Below the pieces are notes generated by a model, which was not told the DNA's origin, did no database searches, and worked only from the letters and a program-made list of their open reading frames with translations. A stretch of 64,000 bases of DNA from a virus, in IMG/VR virus record IMGVR_UViG_3300035670_000035, positions 72,132 to 136,131 of that record. One strand, written 5' to 3'. Shown piece after piece: positions 47,685 to 58,400 of this stretch. Position 1 is the stretch's first letter; each line of letters opens with the position of its first letter. A program made the position numbers and the translations under genes.

Positions 47685-48503
47685 TTAGGCGCCAATTAAT
47701 ATATGATCTTGACTTTTAACACCAGCCTCTAGAGCTATAGAAGCTATTTGAATATCATCCAAAGAAGTATTAGAAGTAAAGTTAGATAGTTTTGCGCCAG
47801 TAACTCCAAAAGATATAGTTCCCATTGAAATAACTACGTTTTGTGGATCATTTGTTCCAAATTTTGGATCTGCATTATTTCTTAAAATAACTTCTGCTTC
47901 TACTGTAACTTTTGGAGGTCCGTTCAAAATAGTCGCAATTGAATCGATTTGTCCAAGTTTATTTATGGTTTGGCGTGGAATATCAAGAGCATAAGAGAAT
48001 GATCTACATTCATACTCTGTACCATTAAATGTAATTTGAATTTGATCTGGTCTAGCAACATTTATTGCATCTATTGTCCCAACTTGGGATGAAGAAGGCT
48101 CTCCAGCTGTATAAATTGCATCTACGGCTTGTATACTTACGCTAGCGATTGGTATATTTCCAACTGATCCTTCAACTGAATAAGAAGTAACAATTCCACT
48201 TTTTATATCAAGTGATCCAGCGCCACTAATTTTAAAATCACGTCCAGCTACATCTGCTAAGGTATTTTCTAAATTATTTAAACCAATTTTTACATGATTA
48301 TCGCTACCAGTAGCTATAGCATAGCTATAATTTAAAGTTACAGTTGGCGGTTCTACTTGAATATTATCTACCGCAAATACATTACCAAATTCAAAAATAT
48401 CCTGACGACTAATACTGAAATCTACGTCTGCGCTTTGAACAAGATTAATTTCTTCTCCTGTTACTAGTAATTTTTGTGCTGGATAGTGTGTTACATTTCC
48501 CAT
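47685..48503 (-). CDS. Major tail (tube) protein
   Basis: Position after the terminator gene, strong AGGAG SD, VQSADVDFSISRQDIFEFG..PPTVTLNYSY, internally duplicated. Confidence 0.75.
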   Translation of the reverse strand: MGNVTHYPAQKLLVTGEEINLVQSADVDFSISRQDIFEFGNVFAVDNIQVEPPTVTLNYSYAIATGSDNHVKIGLNNLENTLADVAGRDFKISGAGSLDIKSGIVTSYSVEGSVGNIPIASVSIQAVDAIYTAGEPSSSQVGTIDAINVARPDQIQITFNGTEYECRSFSYALDIPRQTINKLGQIDSIATILNGPPKVTVEAEVILRNNADPKFGTNDPQNVVISMGTISFGVTGAKLSNFTSNTSLDDIQIASIALEAGVKSQDHILIGA

Positions 48504-48540
48504 ATATTTTTTCTCCTATAAATTCATACTAAATTACATT
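48504..48540 (-). promoter_or_regulatory. Late-motif variant plus SD
   Basis: AATGTAA at 48534-48540; AGGAG about 9 nt before ATG. Confidence 0.45.
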
Positions 48541-48568
48541 AAATTAAAGTATTTGAGAACTGATTAAT

Positions 48569-49414
48569 TTAAATTGTCCTTACCTTTTTAAGGGTAAAAT
48601 CAACAAAAGCTGGATATAATACGTTTTTAAAATTAGTGCCATTAAATCCTAAATTTGGGACCTTGCTAACCCTAACTTCATCAATATATAGCCTATCGGT
48701 ACTATTTGACTTGCTATTAACTATATTATTATAGTTATAATATCCGCTTGTAAAATTGCCTAGATTATCCATACCTAGCTCACTTGAATTAATGGTATAT
48801 ACAAAAGTATTGCTAGTATCCCTTAATATTGAGCAAGCCGCATCTAAATTAAATAGATTATCGGCCACAACTATAGCTCTTACATTTAATATAGAGTCTT
48901 TAACGCCTCCAAAAGCAAAAGGCTCGTTAGTGCCTCCATTGTATTTAACAAATATCGAAGGAATAGTCTCTGTATCATCAGCTAAACCAGTTAAATTTTG
49001 AGTTACTTTTGGTCTTACCTTATATTGGGTCTCAAATAAGATCTCTTCTTCTGGCTTATTAGTTAAATATATATTAAAGTCTTTAACAGCATAATTACCA
49101 CTAACTGTACCCGCTGGATTACCACTAAAATATACTTGGCCGCGGTAATGATTTATTCCTTTTAAATTACTGGTATTAATAGTAGTAAATGAACCATTAA
49201 TGTATACTCCAGACATTATATTGGCTCCGCTAATTGAACTATCGGCTATAATTTGCTTAAATGGTAAAGCATAGGTATTATAGGAATAATAAGTGCTTGT
49301 TATAGGAAATATTTGACCACTATAGTTTGTGTAAGCTTCACCAACTGAACATAATTTATGATCAATAAATAGAAGCATGCTAGAGGTGACTATATTATCA
49401 AATTGGCTTTTCAC
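48569..49414 (-). CDS. Tail terminator/completion protein
   Basis: Canonical position before the tube; IPSIFV..NEPFAFGG; GTG start. Confidence 0.6.
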   Translation of the reverse strand: MKSQFDNIVTSSMLLFIDHKLCSVGEAYTNYSGQIFPITSTYYSYNTYALPFKQIIADSSISGANIMSGVYINGSFTTINTSNLKGINHYRGQVYFSGNPAGTVSGNYAVKDFNIYLTNKPEEEILFETQYKVRPKVTQNLTGLADDTETIPSIFVKYNGGTNEPFAFGGVKDSILNVRAIVVADNLFNLDAACSILRDTSNTFVYTINSSELGMDNLGNFTSGYYNYNNIVNSKSNSTDRLYIDEVRVSKVPNLGFNGTNFKNVLYPAFVDFTLKKVRTI

Positions 49415-50001
49415 TTAATATTCTTTACACTTTTTACAAAATTCGTTACTATTTCAGACATATATTTAACTGGCTTAAATGTTCCTGTTCTAACTCTATT
49501 TTCAGATTGTAAGGCTTCTCCAGATCTTCCCTTCTCGAATCTTTTAGCAATATAACTACCAAATCCAGAGATGCCTCTTTCGATCCCAATTAGCCAACTA
49601 TTGCCACTTTCCCAAGGCATTCTTGTTAATCCATCTAGGTCTTTATCTGTAGGATAAGATATTTTATAATTAACATTAATTTTATTTCCAACAGTTTTTG
49701 ATTTTAGTCTATCTAATTTAAAAGCATTTCTAATAAATTCTCTAACTGATCTTATGGGATCTGAGCCTCTTTCAAAACCTATGTAACTAAAAAGATTGCC
49801 AATTCCATTTAGCGTTCCGGAGTTATTTGATGCTGTTGGGCCTTGGCTTATCTCCTCTGTTACAGGATGACTCTCAAAATCTTGAATAAAATTATTTTTT
49901 AATTCTTCAAAGTTCTTTTTGATTTTTTTATCTATTGTTACTTCAAATTTTGCGGAATTTTTAACTTTATTCCTAACCGCAGAGTAATTAATTCTGCTCA
50001 T
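49411..50001 (-). CDS. Neck/tail completion protein
   Basis: Basic protein in the head-tail cluster; HPVTEEI..G, LFSYIGF, PWESG.SW..GIERGISG. Confidence 0.55.
   Translation of the reverse strand: MSRINYSAVRNKVKNSAKFEVTIDKKIKKNFEELKNNFIQDFESHPVTEEISQGPTASNNSGTLNGIGNLFSYIGFERGSDPIRSVREFIRNAFKLDRLKSKTVGNKINVNYKISYPTDKDLDGLTRMPWESGNSWLIGIERGISGFGSYIAKRFEKGRSGEALQSENRVRTGTFKPVKYMSEIVTNFVKSVKNIK
49425..49431 (-). promoter_or_regulatory. Putative late promoter
   Basis: AGTGTAA 10 nt upstream of GTG 49414, inside the end of the previous gene. Confidence 0.55.
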
Positions 50002-50002
50002 T

Positions 50003-50446
50003 TTATTTTGTTTCTTCTAGATAAAAATAATAATATTGAAGTCCCTGATAGTCTTTTACAATATCCGTACTTATTAAATTAAAAGATTTATTATCGAAGG
50101 TTATTTTTTCCGTAGAACCTTCTAATATATAATTTTTTGCATCACTTTTTACTTTAATTGAAACTATGGGATTACTTGTTTTAATTTGTATTTGCTCAAT
50201 TAGATCTGGAGTAGCATTATTTTCATATTTAATAATTGCATAAAAATTTTGACTAATTGGAGTATATTCTATTTGTTCTTCAATTGAGTCAGTTTGATAT
50301 CCAATTATTTGTGGATTTGATGTAGAAATAGTTATTTTTTTAGATGGAGTTTTGTGAACCGTGATTAATCTTTTAAATGTATCAAAATGATCATTTATTG
50401 CTTGATGAAAATCTGTTATTTCTTGAGCAGATATAAAAGAAGGCAT
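50003..50446 (-). CDS. Head closure/head-tail joining protein
   Basis: Size, position and beta-strand pattern of stopper proteins. Confidence 0.5.
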   Translation of the reverse strand: MPSFISAQEITDFHQAINDHFDTFKRLITVHKTPSKKITISTSNPQIIGYQTDSIEEQIEYTPISQNFYAIIKYENNATPDLIEQIQIKTSNPIVSIKVKSDAKNYILEGSTEKITFDNKSFNLISTDIVKDYQGLQYYYFYLEETK

Positions 50447-50449
50447 ATA

Positions 50450-51055
50450 TTATAAATTTTCTATGTTTCTTAAGTAATTTGTAGAAGTATATGGTCTTGT
50501 TGGGTCTTGATAAATATCATCTCCAGCAATTTGTAGTGGACTTACTTCGTTTAAATTATAACTATCTATAAGAGATTTTAACTCTAATGCTTCCTGTTTC
50601 TTTAATTCAACAAAATTTAAACCAAGTTGACGTATAAATTGTGTATTGGCTTTTATTGTTTCATTGGCGGTTTTTGTGCTACTTGATTTTTGATAAGTAA
50701 AACCATTTTCTGAAATTTGTATACTATCTGCATTATTGACTCCAGTTGTACTTGTATCTGTGCTAATTAAATTTATATTTCTAGATTTTCCAATAAGATT
50801 TACGATTTGTCTATCATAATAACTTATATTATACATTTTTTTAAATATAACTTTTTCTGTGAGAGTAAAAGTCTCTGGGCTGATAGCGTCAACCTCTAAA
50901 TCTAAAGAATTTATGCTATATTGTTTATTTATTAATATATTTAATTTACCTAAATTTGTACGCAACCAAAAAGCTATAGATGCTATGCTAATATCTTCTG
51001 GTTCTCCTAATTCACGATAGATTTCGTCTGCAATATCTACAATTTTATTAGTCAT
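50450..51055 (-). CDS. Head-tail adaptor protein
   Basis: Helical; first gene of the neck cluster; ends with IAGDD. Confidence 0.5.
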   Translation of the reverse strand: MTNKIVDIADEIYRELGEPEDISIASIAFWLRTNLGKLNILINKQYSINSLDLEVDAISPETFTLTEKVIFKKMYNISYYDRQIVNLIGKSRNINLISTDTSTTGVNNADSIQISENGFTYQKSSSTKTANETIKANTQFIRQLGLNFVELKKQEALELKSLIDSYNLNEVSPLQIAGDDIYQDPTRPYTSTNYLRNIENL

Positions 51056-51065
51056 ATAATAGATA

Positions 51066-51072
51066 TTACACT
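51066..51072 (-). promoter_or_regulatory. Putative late promoter
   Basis: AGTGTAA 10 nt upstream of ATG 51055; no SD. Confidence 0.6.
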
Positions 51073-51109
51073 ATATAAAGCAAATATTAATACTAAATAA
51101 CCTTAAAGA

Positions 51110-51787
51110 TTATCTATTATTTCTGGTGCATTTTAGTATTTTTATAGAATCTCTAAATTCAAATTTTACTATAGGATTATGACTATAGGTTATATCAAAT
51201 CCACTATTCATTAGTTTATCTGTTATTTCATCGATATTTCCAAAATAATTATGAACTTCTATAGCCATTTGCTTAAACTTTCTTAAAGTTTCTATAGGCG
51301 CACTTTTTATAATCTCAAATTCTGCCCCTTCTGCGTCTAACTTTAGACATCCGTCTTCAATGCTATGTTGATTAACAATGGTTTCTAGGCTAATTTTATT
51401 TAATTTTTTATCTGGATTTTCAGCATAGTATACTTTTGTTTCTGCTCGATTTTCAAAATCTGGATCACAGTTGAAAAACCCATCCTCATTTGAAACTGCC
51501 ATTCGGTAACTTTTTATATTATTACATCCATTCAATCGTGCGTTAGATAAAATAAACGATTCGCTCTTAAATGGTTCATATGCAAATACTTCTGATGCTC
51601 CCATTCTTGAATAATATATAGCGGTTTCTCCATAAAAAGCGCCAATATCAACAACTTTAGCTCCTTTTACGTCCATCTCGTATATTCCACCCATTATTTC
51701 ATAAAATACATCATTTAGATATACTTTATTTGGATAATAATCTAAACAATCAATCTTAATATCTAGTATCTGATTCTCTATCCTCAT
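51110..51787 (-). CDS. FkbM-family SAM-dependent methyltransferase
   Basis: VVDIGAFYGETAIYY, AYEP, LKLDAEGAE, IEVH. Confidence 0.9.
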   Translation of the reverse strand: MRIENQILDIKIDCLDYYPNKVYLNDVFYEIMGGIYEMDVKGAKVVDIGAFYGETAIYYSRMGASEVFAYEPFKSESFILSNARLNGCNNIKSYRMAVSNEDGFFNCDPDFENRAETKVYYAENPDKKLNKISLETIVNQHSIEDGCLKLDAEGAEFEIIKSAPIETLRKFKQMAIEVHNYFGNIDEITDKLMNSGFDITYSHNPIVKFEFRDSIKILKCTRNNR

Positions 51788-52407
51788 TAGATATAGATCT
51801 TCTTTTCATGATACAGTCTTAAATCAAGATAGCGAAGTTGTATTTTATTATCTCTAAAGAAATTAATATCTTCTGGACGATCATCGTAATGAAATTGGTA
51901 ATCTAAATTAATTTCTCCATAGTAAAAACCTAAACCAGAAACAGTATCTGGCAGTTCATCAAAAGTTTTTAATTTAACCAAATCTTCATCAGAGTAAAAA
52001 GAATATTGATCATTTTTCTTTCTTTTCATCATAACATTTACCATACCATTTTCTGTTGCAGTATGTTGAACTCTATAGTTAGCTATAAGATTCCAATTAT
52101 TTTGGTCTGCTTTTTTAAAAGCATCAACGACAACTCTTAAATCAAGATTCGTTGGTAGGATTATATCATCATCTATTAATAATGCTCTTATTTTCCCACC
52201 GTGTTTTACTCCCATTTTATCAAGAGTATTTTTAGCTGTATTAAAAGCTGCAGTTCGTGAAGCAGGAATTCCTTTATTGTAAACTGTGATTGGAAAGAGT
52301 CTTTTATTTAAAAATACTGGTATAGTAGATAATTTCCAGAGGGTTTCTATATCAGCTTTACCACCACCAGTAGGAATAATAATAAAGAAAAAATCTTCTT
52401 TTACCAT
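51787..52407 (-). CDS. GT-A glycosyltransferase
   Basis: IIIPT, LIDDDII (DxD), SGLGFYY, EDINFF, LYH. Confidence 0.7.
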   Translation of the reverse strand: MVKEDFFFIIIPTGGGKADIETLWKLSTIPVFLNKRLFPITVYNKGIPASRTAAFNTAKNTLDKMGVKHGGKIRALLIDDDIILPTNLDLRVVVDAFKKADQNNWNLIANYRVQHTATENGMVNVMMKRKKNDQYSFYSDEDLVKLKTFDELPDTVSGLGFYYGEINLDYQFHYDDRPEDINFFRDNKIQLRYLDLRLYHEKKIYI

Positions 52408-52413
52408 AAAGAT

Positions 52414-52442
52414 ATTATACTTTAAAAGTAAATAAAAATCAA
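52414..52442 (-). promoter_or_regulatory. sigma70-type promoter, leaderless
   Basis: TTGATT (52437-52442), 17 nt, TATAAT (52414-52419); ATG 6 nt later. Confidence 0.75.
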
Positions 52443-53311
52443 TATTTTTCTTCTATATACAATTGAACGTCTCGAACACGGATTACTCTACCAGAAATTC
52501 CAATATCAAACCAATATTCAGTTCCAGTATTTAAACCAGTTATTTCTGCAACCCAAGAAGTTCCAACAGGATTTGGAATACTGGTAGCTGGATTGGTGGT
52601 GGGGACATATTTAGTTCCTCCAATTCTAGTTCCTCCTAAGCTTACTAGATTTCCAGAATAAACTGGAGGAGTTCCTGTGCCATACCAAAATGTAGTAGCC
52701 TGTGCTGTATCAGTTGATATTCCGCCTATTTGAGTAAATGAAATAGAAGCGTCTGCTCTTAATGTACCTACATATTTTGGAGTAAGAGTGCAATTTGCGC
52801 CATAAGCAATGACTGTAGTTGAATTTCCTCCTCCAATTGAATTACCTGAATATATAAATTTTTTATTTTGCTGAGGAGTTCTAATCATTCCAGAAACATC
52901 AAGATTTCCATTAACAAATAATTTAGTCGTTTCAGTATTTGGAAGTCCACCTATTCCTAATGCATTTCCAGTTAATACAAAATCATTGCTATTATAAGCT
53001 CCCATAATAACAGTATTATCATCAAAAGCTTCTATGATAGGAAGACCAGCTATATCGTTAACGCTAAAAAGAGATCCAGAAAGATTATCTGTTACAGAAA
53101 ATAGTCTACCATTAGCGCCATCTACGGAAAATCTATCTAATCCAGTAACATTAGATACATAACTAGTTAAATTTAATCCACCATAATTATCAAAACTCAT
53201 TCTATTAGCAAAAGCGCCACCAGTGAAATTAGTATTAAATGAACTAGCTCCAGCAGTTCCTGTGGCGAATTCTATTATTCCTGAGTTTGGATTGATTAAT
53301 ATGTTGGGCAT
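52439..53311 (-). CDS. Short tail-fibre-associated protein
   Basis: RFSVDGANGRLFSVTDNLSGSLFSVNDIAGLP fibre motif; LFVNGNLDVSG; beta-sandwich C-terminus. Confidence 0.6.
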   Translation of the reverse strand: MPNILINPNSGIIEFATGTAGASSFNTNFTGGAFANRMSFDNYGGLNLTSYVSNVTGLDRFSVDGANGRLFSVTDNLSGSLFSVNDIAGLPIIEAFDDNTVIMGAYNSNDFVLTGNALGIGGLPNTETTKLFVNGNLDVSGMIRTPQQNKKFIYSGNSIGGGNSTTVIAYGANCTLTPKYVGTLRADASISFTQIGGISTDTAQATTFWYGTGTPPVYSGNLVSLGGTRIGGTKYVPTTNPATSIPNPVGTSWVAEITGLNTGTEYWFDIGISGRVIRVRDVQLYIEEKY

Positions 53312-53321
53312 ATAGATAAAA

Positions 53322-53328
53322 TTACACT
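53322..53328 (-). promoter_or_regulatory. Putative late promoter
   Basis: AGTGTAA 10 nt upstream of ATG 53311. Confidence 0.6.
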
Positions 53329-54029
53329 TATGTTAATTGAAATCTTCCTTTTAAAGATTTAAAATTTGTTAAAATTTCTTGTGGATTTAATGCCCTGTTG
53401 TATATCTTTAAACTAGATACATATGTATCAGATTTTCTACCTCCTCCAACGCTATTGTAAGATATAGTAGAAGATGGCGCCACAAATGTTCCAACGTTTT
53501 GATTATCATAAATGCCATTTATATAAGATATACCTTTAGTTCCATCATATGTTACAACATAATTAATTGGCGTATTAAGGATAACAGAATAATTCGTTAT
53601 AAGATTTAATGTACCACCACTTTGAGTAGAGAAGAATCCAAGTTTGTTAGTACTTTGCTGCATCCCAGCTCTAAAACCATTAGTTAAATAGCTTTCACAT
53701 GAAAGAAAAAAATCAAAAAAATTGTCTCCGTATCTTGTAAAAGAAAACCATATGCTAATTGTAAAATTAGTAGAAAGATTTAATGAACTCCAAGTTGGTA
53801 AACTAGCAGTTTTACCAATGCTTGTACTGCCTGCTTGTCCTTCAAAATATATTCTTCCTAAATATTTATTATCGCCAATTGTACCTGCTGTTAATGTCGC
53901 AGTTTGATTTAAATTTACTAAATTTCTCCATGTTGTGGTGCTAAAATTTGAATAGCTTCTTTTATCAGCAGCATTAAGATCTAATACAAGCCCATCTGTA
54001 ATTAAATCTGGGCCACCAGCGCAACTCAT
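53328..54029 (-). CDS. LamG/concanavalin A-like lectin protein
   Basis: TDGLVLDLNA, FTISIWF, YVVTYDG..SYING, LKIYNRALNPQEI. Confidence 0.85.
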   Translation of the reverse strand: MSCAGGPDLITDGLVLDLNAADKRSYSNFSTTTWRNLVNLNQTATLTAGTIGDNKYLGRIYFEGQAGSTSIGKTASLPTWSSLNLSTNFTISIWFSFTRYGDNFFDFFLSCESYLTNGFRAGMQQSTNKLGFFSTQSGGTLNLITNYSVILNTPINYVVTYDGTKGISYINGIYDNQNVGTFVAPSSTISYNSVGGGRKSDTYVSSLKIYNRALNPQEILTNFKSLKGRFQLT

Positions 54030-54715
54030 AAACTAAACCTCCCCTTTAATGCATTGTAATTCTGCAAAACTTCAGAAGCTGATAAATTTCTGTTATAAAC
54101 TCTAATAATAGCCATAGAACCGTTATAATAATATCCAGCTAGATTGGGTGTTCCTCCATTATATGCACCAATAGTCATGCCATTATTATTTGTACTAATT
54201 GTACCAGCTTGGGTATCAGAAGTAATTAATTGTCCGTTCAAATATAATCTTCTATTTCCTGAGATAAATGTTCCAACAACTTGATGCCATCCATTTATAA
54301 TTAAATTTGAAGTACTAATTAATGCAGCAGTAAGACTACCACCAGTAAAACGTTGTCTCCAAGTAATATTTGCTCCTTCTAAGAATAAACTGTATTGTGT
54401 ATTAACAGCGCCTTTTTCAAAAAAGAAACCATTTTGATTTAATATACTTGTTCTAAACCAAACTTCTACGGATGGAGTTTGAGTATTTAATAAAGTATTA
54501 TTTGGTATTGTTCCGCCTTGAGTACTACCATTAAAAGAGAAATTACCAAAATTACTTGTTGAAAAAGTAGGAGAATTAATTAAAGTTACATTATTATCAT
54601 TTTGAGACAGATCTTGCCAAATTGTTCCACTACCAACATAACTTTTTCTATTACCAGCATCTAAACATAATACAAGACCATCTGTAACTATTCTTGGAGA
54701 ATGATGAAGGCTCAT
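54026..54715 (-). CDS. LamG/concanavalin A-like lectin protein
   Basis: TDGLVLCLDAG, WQDLS, SVEVWF, WHQVVGT..LYLNG, IRVYNRNLSASEV. Confidence 0.9.
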   Translation of the reverse strand: MSLHHSPRIVTDGLVLCLDAGNRKSYVGSGTIWQDLSQNDNNVTLINSPTFSTSNFGNFSFNGSTQGGTIPNNTLLNTQTPSVEVWFRTSILNQNGFFFEKGAVNTQYSLFLEGANITWRQRFTGGSLTAALISTSNLIINGWHQVVGTFISGNRRLYLNGQLITSDTQAGTISTNNNGMTIGAYNGGTPNLAGYYYNGSMAIIRVYNRNLSASEVLQNYNALKGRFSL

Positions 54716-54716
54716 T

Positions 54717-55445
54717 TTAGTATATTTTCCATTTGTTATTAAGATAATTTTGTATTTTTAGAATATTAGTTAAAGATGGAATTGGAGAATATACAATAAT
54801 TTCGCCAAGAAAACCTTTTAGAAAATAAGTTGCACTATTTTGAAAAATATTTGTATTTTGAAATACATTCGAAACTGTAGAATAAAATGAAGTTGAATTT
54901 ATTTTTGATTCCCAAAAACTAGATCTAGACTCGACGCTATACATAGTTAAATTTGTTAGATTTTGCGATGGATTACTTGTCGTTTTTCTTGTGTTAGTAA
55001 ATGTTGCATCATAAATTGTTCCATCTGTCCAAGGTATATGAGAATTTAAACTAGAAATTGTTCCTAATGGATGTCCAGCGAGAATATTTGCTGTAGGAGG
55101 ATCATTGTCTATTTTAAAAATACATATTGCAAATGCAGAAGTTGCAGCTGAGGTATTTATAGCGCTAAAATATTGAGTTCCATCCATTCTTATAAGACTT
55201 AATCTATTTTGTCCATTTAATTTTAAAGTAGGTCTTACGCCAGCAGTTGATTGAAGAGCGTGTCTACTGTTTCCACTTTTATCTTCCCATCTGCCAATAG
55301 CTGTTCCGTCTGCAATAATTCTATTTCCTCCAGTATTATTATCAAACAAAGTAGTTGAGTCATTTGCATCTAACCATAAACTTAATCCACTAATAGTTTT
55401 TGGAAATATGCTTTTTTCTGGCGTAGTTCCATATACTGTTGCCAT
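54717..55445 (-). CDS. LamG-like lectin protein
   Basis: LSLWLDAND, WEDKSGNSRHALQ..RPT, GFLGEIIVY..IQNYLNNKW. Confidence 0.8.
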   Translation of the reverse strand: MATVYGTTPEKSIFPKTISGLSLWLDANDSTTLFDNNTGGNRIIADGTAIGRWEDKSGNSRHALQSTAGVRPTLKLNGQNRLSLIRMDGTQYFSAINTSAATSAFAICIFKIDNDPPTANILAGHPLGTISSLNSHIPWTDGTIYDATFTNTRKTTSNPSQNLTNLTMYSVESRSSFWESKINSTSFYSTVSNVFQNTNIFQNSATYFLKGFLGEIIVYSPIPSLTNILKIQNYLNNKWKIY

Positions 55446-55446
55446 A

Positions 55447-58400
55447 TTAAAACTCCACAGTTAATTTTGGTATATCTTTTCGTTCTGCTGTGAAACTCCA
55501 ATAAAATTCATATTCATTTTTATCAAACCAGCCGCGATTAGTTCCTACAACAAAGTTATTTTCTTTTACATTAACTTCTTTTACGAATAATATCTTGTCG
55601 TGATTAATGTTTGTGAGTTGAACATTTACTTTGTCTTCGTTTACTAAGGCAGAAATATAATCTGGTAAGTTTACTTTAACTGAATCGGCGCTAATTTTAT
55701 TTTTATCTGTTAATCTAATTCCATGATAAGGAGACTCTAAGCTTCCGTATTGGAGTTTTTTGCCAATTATTGTTGGATGATCTATTAAGAATGATTTAGA
55801 AGCTGCAGAAAGATGACCAGTAATTGTTGTGTTGCCACTTACTGTTAGATCACCTTGTAATGTGCTATTTCCGCTAACATAAAATCTACTTGGCACAGAA
55901 GATATCCCACTACCAATACCAAAATTGCCATTTGAATCTAATAAAACTCTGTTAACGCTTGCACCACCACCTCGAAATATAATACTTCGTGTTCCGCCTC
56001 CGCCGTAAGATAAGGTTAAATTTTGATCACCATCATTATAAAGAGTTATGGTGCTTAAATAATTTGTTCTTAAAATTCCAGCATTTCCATTTAGAGTAGG
56101 TTCAAAATATACTGAATTGAAATTATTAGGAGATTTTAATATAAATGAATTTCCAAGACCAGAAACAATTAATCCTGTAGTATTTATATCTCCAGTTATA
56201 TTAACATTACCACTAATAATATGGTTTCCTATGAAAGTTTTGACTCCTGAGATAATCTGATCGCCCGTTGTATATACGATAGTAGTTGGTAGTGGAGCTA
56301 CTTCGCCACTAAGAAGAACGCCTGTACCATTAACTGTTGGACGACTAATAAATGCTTTAATACCACTTATTGTTTCATTTCCAGTTTTATGAACAACTTC
56401 GCTGTCCATTGCAAGAAAATCATTTTTACCTGTTGGTAATTTTAAAAATGAACTATTTGAAATTAAGGTATTACCATTACTGCTAAATTGTATAGTTATA
56501 TTTGAAGAATCTGCAGTGTTTATTAATTGCATCTCACTATCACTCCAATATATCGTGTTGTATGCATCATTTGGACCATCATACATATATAGTGTTGCAC
56601 TAGCGCTTCCGGGTGAACCAAATTTAATATCTCCATTTACTTCTAAATTTGCATTTTCAATTTTGCATAATGCACTTGCTTGATCAAAAGATAAATAAGC
56701 ATCATTATACGCCGCATCAACATCTCCCATTTTTATCAATAAATCTGTTCCAATTTCTCCTTGAACAAAAAATCCATTTTCTCCATTTTTGTCTCTTAGA
56801 TTTAAAATTTTAGATATTCCATCTATTCCTCTAATGCTAATAGCTGATTGTTCGTGCCCTTGTCCACCAATATAAAAAGAACCAGAAAGCGTTTTATTTC
56901 CAGTAATATCTTGATCCCCATAAAGCAGAACCGCTGAACCGCTTAAATCATTAATTTTTGTGTCCAAAGTACTACCAGTTGATGCAAGATTATTAATCGT
57001 AGCATATGAACTTAAATCAACTCCAGTTAATACTGGGTTGCCGCTAAGTAAAATATTTCCAGTTACATTAAGATCACCTAATATATTAGTATTATCAAAA
57101 ATATTAAATACGCCAGAAGCATTAATACTAATATTTCGACCAGTTAAAAATACATCTCGTAAAATTCCACTTTGAGATTGTTGAGCTCCGATGATTAGAT
57201 TATTATTCTGCCAACCAAATAATCCAAACTCGCCAGAGTTAGTGCCAGTTGCGTTATAAACTCTGAATTGTTGAGCGTTAGTTCCATTTTTTTGAGCAAG
57301 AATATGATCTGCATCGTATCCCAAAAATAAAACTGTGCCTACGCCAAAATTCCAAGCTAATCCTCCTCCAGCTAATCGAGATTCAAAAGACCCACCAGCG
57401 CGGATATAAGCTCTTGTTGTTCCAAAAGAATTAAATTCAAAATCCGCACCATTAGAAGCAATCCCAAATGCGCCATTAAGTCTGGCAATTTGATCATTTG
57501 TTGTAATCCTACCGTTTCGATCAACTCTAATATTTGCTCCAGAAATTAATACATTATTACCAGTTAATAAAATGTCGCGAGATATACCAGAGTTCGTTGC
57601 CTGCGAACCTATAACTAATTGGTTATTTTGCCAACCAAATAAACCGAACTCGCCAGAGTTTGTACCAGTTATATTAAATATTCTAAAAGATTGAGGATTA
57701 GTTCCTCTAACTTGACCAATAATATCTGTCCCTTGTGAATATAAAGCGTGTCCTTCACTAAATGTCATTCCTCCATTACTTCTTGTGAATACTATTCCCG
57801 GAGCAGGAGCAACATTCCTTGTAATTCGTAAAGCTTCAAGTCCAGCGCTATAGCAAGAAATTCCTCCTCCAGCTACATCACCAAAAGAAAATCCATCATC
57901 ACTTCCAAAAACTACATCTCTTGCAAAAATTGCACCATCTTTTCTTATGCGTAGCCTTGATGTATCATTAGTTCTAAAATTTATAAAATTAGTCGTACTA
58001 TTGCTATTTGTATCTGTAATATTTAGATCAATCCCAGTATAAACTTGAGAAGAATTATTCCAAGTTCCAGTAATATACAATGCTGGATTTGTTCCTGTTG
58101 GTTGAACGTTTATTGCTATTCCAGAGTTAAATGTTTTGGTTCCATTTATTAGTTGATTGCCAGTAGTAAATACTATATTACTGTTTGAAGAATTAACATA
58201 CCCACTAAGATTATCAATTTTAGTATTTAATGTTGAACCAGTGCTAGTTAGATTTGTTACTGTCGCGTATGTTGAGCCAAGGTTATCGATTTGGGTTTGT
58301 AACGTAGATCCAGTTAGACCAAGATTCGTAATAGTTGCGTAAGTAGATGTTAACGTACCGCTTAACGAACCGATCTTGCTATCTAACGTTGATCCTGTCG

